64,000 bases of DNA, from contig JBMNFY010000017.1 in NCBI GenBank assembly GCA_050949565.1, forward strand, positions 320,001 through 384,000, in the 5' to 3' direction. Origin of the DNA: Kiritimatiellia bacterium. Lineage in GTDB: Bacteria; Verrucomicrobiota; Kiritimatiellia; RFP12; UBA1067. Position numbers and translations under genes: made by a program. Of the stretch, positions 9,123-17,784 are shown one piece after another; within the stretch, counting starts at the first letter, position 1, and the number at the start of each line of letters is the position of its first letter. The notes below the pieces were generated by a model. The model did no database searches. It was given only the letters and a program-made list of their open reading frames with translations, and was not told the DNA's origin.

Positions 9123-10655
9123 CTATAAGTCGTGTCCGCAATAGGACAGGTTGAAACTCTTGTTACAGATCGGGAAATCAGAGATTTCTTCATCGCGCAG
9201 CGCGTAGGCCAGTCCCGGCCAATTGTGGAACGAGGCATCTACCACCTTGTAGCGCGTGAAACGCCCGGACGCATCGGTGACCGCCACATGGCAGACCTCG
9301 CCGCGCAGGCCTTCGACCAGCGCCACCGCGAAGCGTTCCGATACACAAGCAGTCACCGGCGTCCGCGCCGCGCCTTCGGGTAGGGCGTTGATCTGCTCGC
9401 GGATGAAGGCGATGGCGTGTTGGATTTCCAGCCAGCGCACATACGCACGCGCATACACGTCGCCGGTCTTGCAGGTCGCCACCGGAATCTGGGCGGTATT
9501 GAAAATGCCGCTCGGCTGGTCGCGCCGGATGTCACGCGCCAGACCGGTCGCGCGCGCGGCGGGGCCGACCAAGCCCAACTCCACCGCGATCGCGCGCGGG
9601 ACAGCGCCGACCTCTTCGAAACGCACCACTGCCGAAGAGGTTCTCCACAGCAGTTCGATCGCCACGCGCGCATCTTTCTCGCACGCGTCAAGGCGCCGCC
9701 GCAGTTCGGCCATCCGCTCGGCATCGGCATCGAACCCCACGCCGCCTGGACGCACCAATCCGCGACCGAAGCGGCTGCCGCACAAGAGCGCGGTCATGTT
9801 GAGCACGTCGCCGCGAATCCGCCCGCAGAAACTGGCGGTCGGCAGGTACGCCACGTCGCCGGACAATGCGCCGATATCGCCGATGTGCGTCGCCATGCGC
9901 TCCAGCTCCAGCGCGATGCCGCGCAGAGCCTGGCCGCGCGCCGTCGCCGCGCAACCGGCCAGCGCCTCGCTCACCTGGCAGTACGCCGTGGCATGCGCGA
10001 CCGAGGTGTCGCCCGCAAGCGTTTCTATCAGATGGATCGTGCGCGCGTCGGGGCCGCCCAGCAGCGTCTCTTCAATCCCGCGATGCTGATAGCCCAGCGC
10101 GATTTCAAGGTGGAACACCGTCTCGCCGTAGCACTGGAAGCGGAAGTGCCCCGGCTCGATCACTCCGGCGTGTACCGGGCCCACCGCCACTTCATGCACC
10201 TGCTCGCCGTCCACGCGGTAAAAGTCGCCGACCGCCGGCAGGATCGTTTCATCTGCCGACCGCTGCCACACATCGCGATCCGTCCAAGAGCGGCGGTAAC
10301 GCACCGGCTTGAGCCAAGGATGTCCTTCAGGGCGCAGACCGAACTGCTCGGCGATCTCGCGCTCGAACATGTGTACCTGCGCGCACTGCCGCGTGAGCGA
10401 CGGGTAGGCGTCGCCGGTGACATCCGCCGCGGCCGCCAAAAGCAGATTCTGATCGTCATCGGCCAGCACGGCGTACAGGCGCGTCGCATCGGGCTGCGGC
10501 GAAGCCGCGCCGAACAACGCGCTGACGCGGCAACCGCCCCTCACGCCCGCCACAATCGAGGCGTGGAAGCGCTCCAGATCGAGCACCGGAACCGAGTCAA
10601 GCGCGACCGATTGGCCATTGGTCAGGCGGACAAAGTCAGTCGAAAACGTACTCAT
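9123..10655 (-). CDS. Ehr/hydrogenase-4 large subunit (NuoC+NuoD/HyfG-like) lacking NiFe-binding motifs
   Basis: FEREIAEQFG..GHP, VGPVHAGVIEPGHFRF, GYQHRGIE, VEGLRGE. C-terminus ISDFPICNKSFNLSYCGHDL. Confidence 0.9.
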   Translation of the reverse strand: MSTFSTDFVRLTNGQSVALDSVPVLDLERFHASIVAGVRGGCRVSALFGAASPQPDATRLYAVLADDDQNLLLAAAADVTGDAYPSLTRQCAQVHMFEREIAEQFGLRPEGHPWLKPVRYRRSWTDRDVWQRSADETILPAVGDFYRVDGEQVHEVAVGPVHAGVIEPGHFRFQCYGETVFHLEIALGYQHRGIEETLLGGPDARTIHLIETLAGDTSVAHATAYCQVSEALAGCAATARGQALRGIALELERMATHIGDIGALSGDVAYLPTASFCGRIRGDVLNMTALLCGSRFGRGLVRPGGVGFDADAERMAELRRRLDACEKDARVAIELLWRTSSAVVRFEEVGAVPRAIAVELGLVGPAARATGLARDIRRDQPSGIFNTAQIPVATCKTGDVYARAYVRWLEIQHAIAFIREQINALPEGAARTPVTACVSERFAVALVEGLRGEVCHVAVTDASGRFTRYKVVDASFHNWPGLAYALRDEEISDFPICNKSFNLSYCGHDL

Positions 10656-12097
10656 GGCTGACCCTCCAGATAACGGACTGCGTCGTTGATCAATGCGGCG
10701 AGCGGTGCGGGCAGTATCACACCGATCAGCAGCACCAGCACCAGCAGCGCGAGGATCGGCGCACCGCTCAGCACGGTATCGCGGTACGACGTCTTGCGTG
10801 CCGCGATGGACGGGCGTCCTTGAACGATCTTCAGCACCGTGGCACCCATACCAATGAAGACGATCAGCAAAAGGACAAGGAAAAGCGCGCCGACCACCAT
10901 GCGACCGGATCTGAATGCGCCATTCAGAATCAGAAACTCACTGATGAAGGGGCCGAAGGGCGGCGAACCGGTAATGGCGAGAAACCCAAGGAAAAAGAGT
11001 GTGCCGGAGAGCGGCACCCGTTGCATCGCGCCGCTCACCTGCTCGGTACTTTTGCTGTGGTAGGCACGGTGGATGTTACCGGCCGAGAGGAACAGGACGC
11101 CCTTGGTCAGGCCGTTGTTCACCACATGCAGCAGTGTGCCGAACAGCGCCGGCGCGCCTAGGCCGAGCCCCAGCACCAGAATCCCCATGTGCTCCACACT
11201 GGAGTAGGCGAGCATCCGTTTCATATCGCGCTGCCCGACCATAAACAGACTGGCGGTCGCCATCGAGAGCAACCCCATGAAGAGCAGCAGACGGCAAACA
11301 TAGGCTACTTCGCCCGCAGCCACGCTGATGTGGTAGGCGCGCAAGAGCGCGAGAAACGCGCAACTGGTCACGCCGCCCGACAACAGGGCGCCGACCACGC
11401 AGGGAGCCTCGCCGTAGGCATCGGGCTTCCAGGTGTGCATGGGCGCCAGCCCCATTTTCGTGCCGTAACCGACCAGCAGCAGCACGAACGCCGCATGCAG
11501 CCAAGGCTTGGAAAGGGCGGGCGCGTGCTGAAGCAGATCGCTCACCATCAGCGACGCACCGTGTCCCGCGTGCTGCGCCGAATACGCCAGGAAGAAGGTT
11601 CCCAGTAGCGCCAGCGCAATGCCGACTGAACCGACCACCATGTACTTCCATGTGGCTTCAATGCTTTGCTGCGTGTGGTTGAAAAAAATCAACGGCGCGG
11701 TAACCAGCGTCAAGCCTTCGACCGCCACCCACAGCAACCCCAGATGGCGCGACCACGCCACCAGACTGGCGGTGCTCAGGAAGAACAGCAGGCAGATGCA
11801 AAAGACCCGGTTGGGCTGCTCGCTGCGACTGCGCAGATAACCGGCCGCGTAATACGAACAGCAGAGAAAGAGCAGGCTCACCACCAGCAGGATCACCTTA
11901 CCCAGCGGGTCAAGCGCGAGCCAGGCCGTCGGGGACAGCGGTTCCGGCCGCACCAGCGCCACGCCGGTCAAGGCGGCATGCAGGGTGCCCGCCACCGGCA
12001 GCAGCCACGGACGCCACCGATTGGAAGGAATCAGTGCCGCGAGCACAGCCGCCACAGCGGGAAAGATGAGAAAAAGGGGTGCCATGGACATGGACAA
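10652..12097 (-). CDS. hyfF: HyfF-like proton-translocating membrane subunit
   Basis: EATWKY, GYGTKMGLAPMHTWKPDAYGEAP, KRMLAYSSVEHMG, GSPPFGPFISE. Confidence 0.85.
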   Translation of the reverse strand: MSMSMAPLFLIFPAVAAVLAALIPSNRWRPWLLPVAGTLHAALTGVALVRPEPLSPTAWLALDPLGKVILLVVSLLFLCCSYYAAGYLRSRSEQPNRVFCICLLFFLSTASLVAWSRHLGLLWVAVEGLTLVTAPLIFFNHTQQSIEATWKYMVVGSVGIALALLGTFFLAYSAQHAGHGASLMVSDLLQHAPALSKPWLHAAFVLLLVGYGTKMGLAPMHTWKPDAYGEAPCVVGALLSGGVTSCAFLALLRAYHISVAAGEVAYVCRLLLFMGLLSMATASLFMVGQRDMKRMLAYSSVEHMGILVLGLGLGAPALFGTLLHVVNNGLTKGVLFLSAGNIHRAYHSKSTEQVSGAMQRVPLSGTLFFLGFLAITGSPPFGPFISEFLILNGAFRSGRMVVGALFLVLLLIVFIGMGATVLKIVQGRPSIAARKTSYRDTVLSGAPILALLVLVLLIGVILPAPLAALINDAVRYLEGQP

Positions 12098-12739
12098 CTA
12101 CTCCTTGAGCGACGCCAACTGGCGCGTATCAAGCGTGGAAAAGGCGCGGTTGATGTGATTGACAATAATGCAGATCACAAAAACAGCAACGAACAAGTCC
12201 AGCAGCGCCCCCATCTCCACCACGAGCGGCATAGCCTGCACCAGCAGCATACCGAAAATGAAGACGCCGTTTTCAAGAACCAGATACCCCATGACCTGCG
12301 TCAACGCTTTGAAGCGTGTGATCAGCAGGATGAAACCGGTCAGAACGGTCGCGAGCGAAGCGGGCACCACCAAGCTGTCGGCATGCGCCTCAGTGAGCGG
12401 CAACCGTCCGGCGAACAGCAGCGCCCAGACGGCACCCAACGCTCCCAGGATCACCGAGGCTTGGAAGCCGATCACCGGTTCGACCTCACGCTTGATCTCC
12501 ACATCGCGCAACGCACGGTTCATCATGACGGGGATCACCACACCTTTCAGCACGATCGTCAGCACGGCCATCAGGAACGCACCGCGCGACACATGTCCGG
12601 GAAGCAGCAGCGGCAACATGCCGATCAAGGCACCTTGTATCGCCACCCCGCGGATCACCGAAGTGATCCGGCTCGTCCCCAGCACAAAGAGATTCAGCAG
12701 CAGGACGACCACTAGAATCGGATTGAAAAAATTAGACAT
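12098..12739 (-). CDS. hyfE: HyfE-like membrane subunit
   Basis: Hydrophobic, QVMGYLVLENG, VEMGALLD. Position in the operon. Confidence 0.85.
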   Translation of the reverse strand: MSNFFNPILVVVLLLNLFVLGTSRITSVIRGVAIQGALIGMLPLLLPGHVSRGAFLMAVLTIVLKGVVIPVMMNRALRDVEIKREVEPVIGFQASVILGALGAVWALLFAGRLPLTEAHADSLVVPASLATVLTGFILLITRFKALTQVMGYLVLENGVFIFGMLLVQAMPLVVEMGALLDLFVAVFVICIIVNHINRAFSTLDTRQLASLKE

Positions 12740-12743
12740 GCCA

Positions 12744-13652
12744 TCACCTGATCAAAAGAATGAAAGCGAAACTACAAAAGAGCAGCGCGCTAATGAGTAA
12801 ATACGGCACATGCAGCATCTTCAGACGCGCCATGACCGACTCCACGATGCCAATCACCACCGCCAAGAGCACCAGCAGAACCAAGAAGAGCGGCCCGCGC
12901 AACATCTCGCGTTCCGGCAGGAAGGCCAGCAGCACCTGCAGCACCATCGAACCGAGCACCAGCATTTTCATCGCCGATCCATAGAGAATGATGCCGTACA
13001 GCGGCCCGCTATGATCGAGGATCATCGCCTCGTGAATCATCGTCAGTTCCAGATGCGTGTTGGGGTCATCTACCGGAACACGGCAGGTCTCCGCCAGCAA
13101 CACAATGAAAAGCCCGATGAGGATCAGCATCAGCGGCGCGGTGATTCCCGCAGCGAAAGCGGTCGCCGGCGCGTGCAGCATCGGCGTCAGCGAGAGCGTC
13201 CCCGATATCTTGGCCAGCACCATAAAGGCAAAGAACAGCGCCGGTTCGGACAGGCAGCCGAAAGTTACCTCGCGCGCGGCTCCCATCCCCTCAAACGCCG
13301 ATCCGGTGTCCAGTGCTGCTGACGTGGTGAAGAAACGTGCCAGCGCGAAAAGATAGGCGAAAAGAATCAGGTCGCCCGTAAAGGCGATCGGCGCAGCCGC
13401 CCGGCCCAGCGGCACCATCAGGCCCGCCAGCAGGGTTGCCGCCAGCGTAATGATCGGTCCGGCCCAAAAGATCCAAGTCGTGGTTTCGCTGAGCACCCAG
13501 CTGCGCTGCAGGCACTTGACGATGTCATAGTAAGGCTGGAACACCGACGGCCCGGTGCGTCCCGCGAACCACGCCTTGGTCTTGGCGATCACGCCCGGCA
13601 GAAGCGGCGGCAGCAGCAACAGCACTGCAATATGAATCAAGGTTTCGAGCAT
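12744..13652 (-). CDS. hyfC: HyfC/HycD (NuoH-like) membrane subunit
   Basis: GRTGPSVFQPYYDI, DTGSAFEGMGAARE, ETCRVPVDDPNTHLELTMIHEAM. Confidence 0.88.
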   Translation of the reverse strand: MLETLIHIAVLLLLPPLLPGVIAKTKAWFAGRTGPSVFQPYYDIVKCLQRSWVLSETTTWIFWAGPIITLAATLLAGLMVPLGRAAAPIAFTGDLILFAYLFALARFFTTSAALDTGSAFEGMGAAREVTFGCLSEPALFFAFMVLAKISGTLSLTPMLHAPATAFAAGITAPLMLILIGLFIVLLAETCRVPVDDPNTHLELTMIHEAMILDHSGPLYGIILYGSAMKMLVLGSMVLQVLLAFLPEREMLRGPLFLVLLVLLAVVIGIVESVMARLKMLHVPYLLISALLFCSFAFILLIR

Positions 13653-13655
13653 GGA

Positions 13656-15917
13656 TTAAAAACCCTTCCCACGCAATCGGTTAGTGACAGGGGTCATGCG
13701 AGTCGATCGCGTGGTTTGTGCGTACGCGGTCGGGAGCGCGGGCGTCCCCGCTCGCTCTGTGAAAGGCCGCCCGTGATTCCGATGCGCGGCTTGGTTCCCG
13801 GGGGAAAGCGTCGCCATGTACGTGTACGGCATCTGGGCTCGCGGAGCACCGGGAGGGGCAAGCGTCTGCTTGCCCGCGGACGAGCAGACGCTCGTCCCTC
13901 CCCCCCTGCGGTCAAAAACAAATGCGAATAGGTTCTTGAACGGGAAGAGCGTACACATCAGAATCAGCAGGATCACGAGCACATACAAAACGTAGTGCTG
14001 CGTCAGGCCGCGGTGAAAACGGTGGAACCAGGCGAAGCCCTCTTCGACTTTTCTGCCCGCCGGCATCAAGACCCGGTCCAGCACCGCGTCATCGACGTGG
14101 CTGTACGCGCGCGTCGGCACCGGGAAGAGCTTCGTCACCTGCGGCGGGTGGTCGGCCGGCCGCAACACCCCGCGGAAAATCAACACCAGCGTGCGCGCGA
14201 ACGATCCGGCGGTGTACTGCATGCGCGCGTCCGGCCGCGCGTAGCCGCAATCCCAAGTGAGGCTACGGCGCGCCGCCGTGACGACCTCCTTGATCCGCAT
14301 CCGCCAGAAGATTCCCGCCACACAGGCGAGCAGCAACAGGGCGAGCAACGAGATCACGCCCAGCGACACTGTTTGCGCGACGGGTATCGCAGTCGCGCCC
14401 GTACTCTGCAACCAGCAGCCGGTGGCCGCATCCAGCGCGAACGCCACCGCCGACGGGAACACGCCGATGAGCACGCATCCGGCAACCAGCACGGCCATCG
14501 GCACGAGCTCAAGGCGCGACACCTCGCGCGCATCCGCTGCGGACTGCGTACGCGGCGCACCGAGAAAAACCGTCCCCATGACCTTCACGAAGCACGCCAG
14601 CGCCAGCGCACCGATCAGCGCCAGCGTCGGCACGCCGACCAAAGCCGCCAGCGCACCGCCCGCCGTGCCGACCGCCCCCTTCAACAGACCGAGATACAGC
14701 AGCCATTCGCTGACGAAGCCATTGAGGGGCGGCAGTCCGCAAATCGCCACGGCACCAACGAGGAAAGCGGCGGCCGTCCACGGCATCCGTTTGGCGAGAC
14801 CGCCCAACCGGTCCATCTGGCGCGTGCCAGTCACCTGCATCACCGCGCCCGCGCAGAAGAAGAGCAGCGGCTTGAACAAGCTGTGGTTCCACACATGCAG
14901 CAGGCAGGCGCCGAACCCCAGCGTGACCCATTCTGGACGATTCATGGCACGCCCCAGCAACGCAACACCGAAACCCATCAGGATGATCCCGATATTCTCG
15001 ACGCTGTGATAGGCCAACAGGCGCTTAAAGTCGTGTTGGCCGAGGGCGAACAACACGCCCAGCACACCGCTCAGTGCGCCCAACAGCAAGATCAACGCCC
15101 CCCATGCGACCGGCACATCCGGCAACAACGCGCTCCACCGGATCATTCCGTAAACCCCGGTTTTGATGACGACTCCCGACATGATCGCCGAGACATGGCT
15201 GGGGGCGTTGGCGTGTGCGCCGGGCAACCAGAAATGCAACGGCATCACACCGGCCTTGAGACCGAACCCCACCAAGACCAATACCATGCAGAGGGCTGTC
15301 ACCCCTTGGCCCAACGTCTGCGGCGCCACCGGTGTCATGGCGAATGAACCAGTGACATGCCGCCATATCGCGAACAGCGCGAACAGCGCCAGCACACTCA
15401 CATGGGTTGAAATCAAATAGATCCAGCCCGCCTGCCGACTCGCGATGCGATGCCCTTCGGCGGTGACCAAAAAGAAAGCCGAGAGCGCCATGATCTCCCA
15501 GCCCAGCAGGAAGATCATCGCATGGCGCGCGACCACCAGCAACGCCATGCCCGCGACCAGCATTCCCCAGAAGAACCGCAGGCGACGCCCGCTCACCGGA
15601 TGGCGGCAGTGCGGCCAGTAACCGAGCCCATAGACGGCACCCAAGCCCCCGATCAAAAAAACCGGAACCAGAAAGAACGCGCTCAGCGCGTCAAGTCCCA
15701 CGCTTCCGCCGCCGACGGCCGGCCAAACCAACGCAAGCGGCTTGCCGCCATAGCCCAGCAAGCCCCCCGCGGCACCGACCAACCCCACGCACGCAGCGCA
15801 CACCATGGAGATAGCGGATATCCGTTCGCCGCCATCGTCAGACCGCCGCAGCAGAATACCGGGCAGGCCGCTCAAGGCAGCGACGGCAACAGCCAGCAAA
15901 ATGAGGATTAGAAACAC
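13656..15917 (-). CDS. hyfB: HyfB-like antiporter subunit with repeat-derived C-terminal extension
   Basis: GFGLKAGVMPLHFWLPGAHANAPSHVSA, KRLLAYHSVENIG, GLPPLNGFVSEW, WDCGY..RMQYT. GTG start at 15917 after AAAGGAG. Last ~85 codons are repeat sequence. Confidence 0.88.
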   Translation of the reverse strand: MFLILILLAVAVAALSGLPGILLRRSDDGGERISAISMVCAACVGLVGAAGGLLGYGGKPLALVWPAVGGGSVGLDALSAFFLVPVFLIGGLGAVYGLGYWPHCRHPVSGRRLRFFWGMLVAGMALLVVARHAMIFLLGWEIMALSAFFLVTAEGHRIASRQAGWIYLISTHVSVLALFALFAIWRHVTGSFAMTPVAPQTLGQGVTALCMVLVLVGFGLKAGVMPLHFWLPGAHANAPSHVSAIMSGVVIKTGVYGMIRWSALLPDVPVAWGALILLLGALSGVLGVLFALGQHDFKRLLAYHSVENIGIILMGFGVALLGRAMNRPEWVTLGFGACLLHVWNHSLFKPLLFFCAGAVMQVTGTRQMDRLGGLAKRMPWTAAAFLVGAVAICGLPPLNGFVSEWLLYLGLLKGAVGTAGGALAALVGVPTLALIGALALACFVKVMGTVFLGAPRTQSAADAREVSRLELVPMAVLVAGCVLIGVFPSAVAFALDAATGCWLQSTGATAIPVAQTVSLGVISLLALLLLACVAGIFWRMRIKEVVTAARRSLTWDCGYARPDARMQYTAGSFARTLVLIFRGVLRPADHPPQVTKLFPVPTRAYSHVDDAVLDRVLMPAGRKVEEGFAWFHRFHRGLTQHYVLYVLVILLILMCTLFPFKNLFAFVFDRRGGGTSVCSSAGKQTLAPPGAPRAQMPYTYMATLSPGNQAAHRNHGRPFTERAGTPALPTAYAQTTRSTRMTPVTNRLRGKGF
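13673..13922. mobile_element. Partial MITE-like element (GGTAATCGGTTAGTGACAGGG family) inside the hyfB 3' end
   Basis: Aligns by eye with the reverse complement of about 53860-54072. Contains an identical 52-bp module at 13851-13902. Confidence 0.8.
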
Positions 15918-15987
15918 CAGCGCTCCTTTTGTACGCGACCGCAACGGCGGCCGGCTACGGCTTTTACCACAACCCGCTTAACCGCAC

Positions 15988-16078
15988 GAGAGCCTTGCCC
16001 CTTGCGTGCAGGTGTGGCACGGGCATCTTGCCCGTGTCTCATGGGCGGGACGCCCATGCCACGGGGGAGCAAGAACCC
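15988..16078. repeat. Degenerate copy of the 101-bp REP-doublet MITE
   Basis: Core GTGGCACGGGCATCTTGCCCGTG..CATGGGCGGGACGCCCATGCCAC (16014-16062) matches the reverse complement of 27388-27436. Ends are eroded. Confidence 0.8.
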
Positions 16079-16085
16079 ACCACAC

Positions 16086-16118
16086 AAAAAAAGACCGCCG
16101 AGCGGCGGCCTCTCTTTT
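16086..16118 (-). terminator. Rho-independent terminator after tRNA-Ala
   Basis: Minus strand AGGCCGCC-GCTC-GGCGGTCT hairpin followed by a T run. Confidence 0.7.
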
Positions 16119-16124
16119 CGATCA

Positions 16125-16200
16125 TGGTGGAGCGAAGGAGATTCGAACTCCTGACCCCCACGTTGCGAACGTGATGCTCTACCAACTGAGCTACCGCCCC
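16125..16200 (-). tRNA. tRNA-Ala(CGC)
   Basis: 76 nt GGGGCGGTAGCTCAGTTGGTAGAGC...TTCGCAA anticodon loop...GTTCGAAT...CCACCA. G3:U70 Ala identity pair. Encoded CCA. Confidence 0.96.
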
Positions 16201-16287
16201 ATGAGTCCTAAAAATTGCGGGGACTATATCAAAGACCGGCCGTGCGAAGCAAGCGGATTTTGAACCGGTCTTTGAACCGCGAAGTCA

Positions 16288-16644
16288 TCAAGCGAGCGCG
16301 GCGCGCGCCTTCTCGACCAGAGCCTTAAAGGCCTCGGCGTCGGCGATCGCGATCTCGGACAGCATCTTGCGGTTGACCTCGATGCCAGCCTTGGCCAGTC
16401 CTTCCATGAAGCGGCTATAGGTCATCCCTTCATTGCGGACCGCCGCATTGATACGGGCAATCCACAGACGGCGGAACGTGCGCTTGCGAAGCTTGCGGTG
16501 TATGGTTGCCAAGCGTTGAGCGCGGTCGACCGCCTCGGTCGCCTGACGGAACTGCTTGCTGCGGGCACCACGAAAACCCTTGGCTAACTCCAAACGCCGA
16601 CGACGGCGTTTGCGTGAAATGGGTGCATTTGTTACTCGTGACAT
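16288..16644 (-). CDS. rplT: 50S ribosomal protein L20
   Basis: MSRVT..AKGFRGARSK..FRRLWIARINAAVR..YSRFM..NRKMLSEIA. Confidence 0.97.
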   Translation of the reverse strand: MSRVTNAPISRKRRRRRLELAKGFRGARSKQFRQATEAVDRAQRLATIHRKLRKRTFRRLWIARINAAVRNEGMTYSRFMEGLAKAGIEVNRKMLSEIAIADAEAFKALVEKARAALA

Positions 16645-16659
16645 GGGCCTTACTCCGTA

Positions 16660-16857
16660 TTAGTTACCCTGCAGCATACGCACCGCAGTCTTGACAAACG
16701 TTTTGTCCACAAGGGTGGTTCCACGGAGATTACGTTTACGCTTACGCGGCTTGTAGCCGTTCAAGTGGGACTTGCCCGCCTGCGTGCGCAACACTTTACC
16801 CGTGGCCGACATTTTAATCCGCCCGCGAGCGGACTTCTTGGTCTTCATTGTAGGCAT
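16660..16857 (-). CDS. rpmI: 50S ribosomal protein L35
   Basis: 65 aa MPTMKTKKSA..KMSATGK..SHL..KRKRNLR. AGGAG RBS. Directly upstream of rplT. Confidence 0.92.
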   Translation of the reverse strand: MPTMKTKKSARGRIKMSATGKVLRTQAGKSHLNGYKPRKRKRNLRGTTLVDKTFVKTAVRMLQGN

Positions 16858-17108
16858 GATTGCTCCTAGTCCTGTAGTTGAAGCCTGAACCCACAGGGCA
16901 GCCAGCCATGATCGCCCGTGCAGGATCGTGAACCCCATCGCCTCTGCGACAGAGAAGGGGGGAAAGTACCAAACCCCTCCCCTTCCGTCCAGCACAAATC
17001 GGATTTTTCAGATCCCCTTGATTTTTTTCACACTTTTGCACTGGATTTTCCCGACGGAAGGCGGTAAGCTTGGGTACCATGTGATACAGCAAAAAGGGGG
17101 ACTGAGAG

Positions 17109-17741
17109 ATGAAGGGATTTTTCGCCGCGTTGCTCGTGTTACCGTGTTGGGTTTTGGCAGACGCTCCGCTGGGAACAGCGGCTCCGCAAGCGGCTGCCCA
17201 TCAGGAGCGTAAAACTATGCAGATTGTGATTGAGACTAGCCTTGGGACCGTGACGGCCGAGTTGTACCCCGACAAAGCGCCTGTGACGGTCAGTAACATG
17301 CTGGCCTACATCGACGCCAAGCATTACGACGCGACCATCTTTCACCGGGTGATCGACGGCTTCATGATCCAAGGCGGAGGCTTCACCCGGGACATGGTCC
17401 AGAAAAAGACCAACGCCCCCATCAAGAATGAAGCCGACAACGGCCTCCGCAACGAGCGCGGCACACTGGCCATGGCCCGTACGATGGTCGTGGACAGCGC
17501 CACCAGCCAGTTTTTTATTAACCTCACCGACAACAGCGGACATTTGAACTTCAAGGCCAAGACCGACGCAGGCTACGGATACTGCGTGTTTGGCAAGGTC
17601 ATTGAAGGCATGGACGTGGTGGACAAGATCGCGAAGACCCCGACCGGGAATTCGGGTCGACACCAGAACGTGCCGTTAGAGCCGGTGGTCATCACCAGTA
17701 TCCGGCGTAAAACCGAGGCCGCCGCGCCCGCCACCCCCTGA
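17109..17741 (+). CDS. ppiA: Cyclophilin-type peptidyl-prolyl cis-trans isomerase with signal peptide
   Basis: FHRVIDGFMIQGGG, GTLAMART, SATSQFFIN, YCVFGKV. Confidence 0.93.
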   Translation: MKGFFAALLVLPCWVLADAPLGTAAPQAAAHQERKTMQIVIETSLGTVTAELYPDKAPVTVSNMLAYIDAKHYDATIFHRVIDGFMIQGGGFTRDMVQKKTNAPIKNEADNGLRNERGTLAMARTMVVDSATSQFFINLTDNSGHLNFKAKTDAGYGYCVFGKVIEGMDVVDKIAKTPTGNSGRHQNVPLEPVVITSIRRKTEAAAPATP

Positions 17742-17784
17742 AGCGAAGCAGCGGCGAGCCCACTGAATCCCCCCACCCCATTCC

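Noticed and set aside
9123-10655. Functional [NiFe] hydrogenase or formate hydrogenlyase call
   Set aside because: Both CxxC NiFe motifs are absent.
16125-16200. tRNA-Ala as integration site of an island
   Set aside because: No integrase and no duplicated tRNA 3' end was seen in the window.
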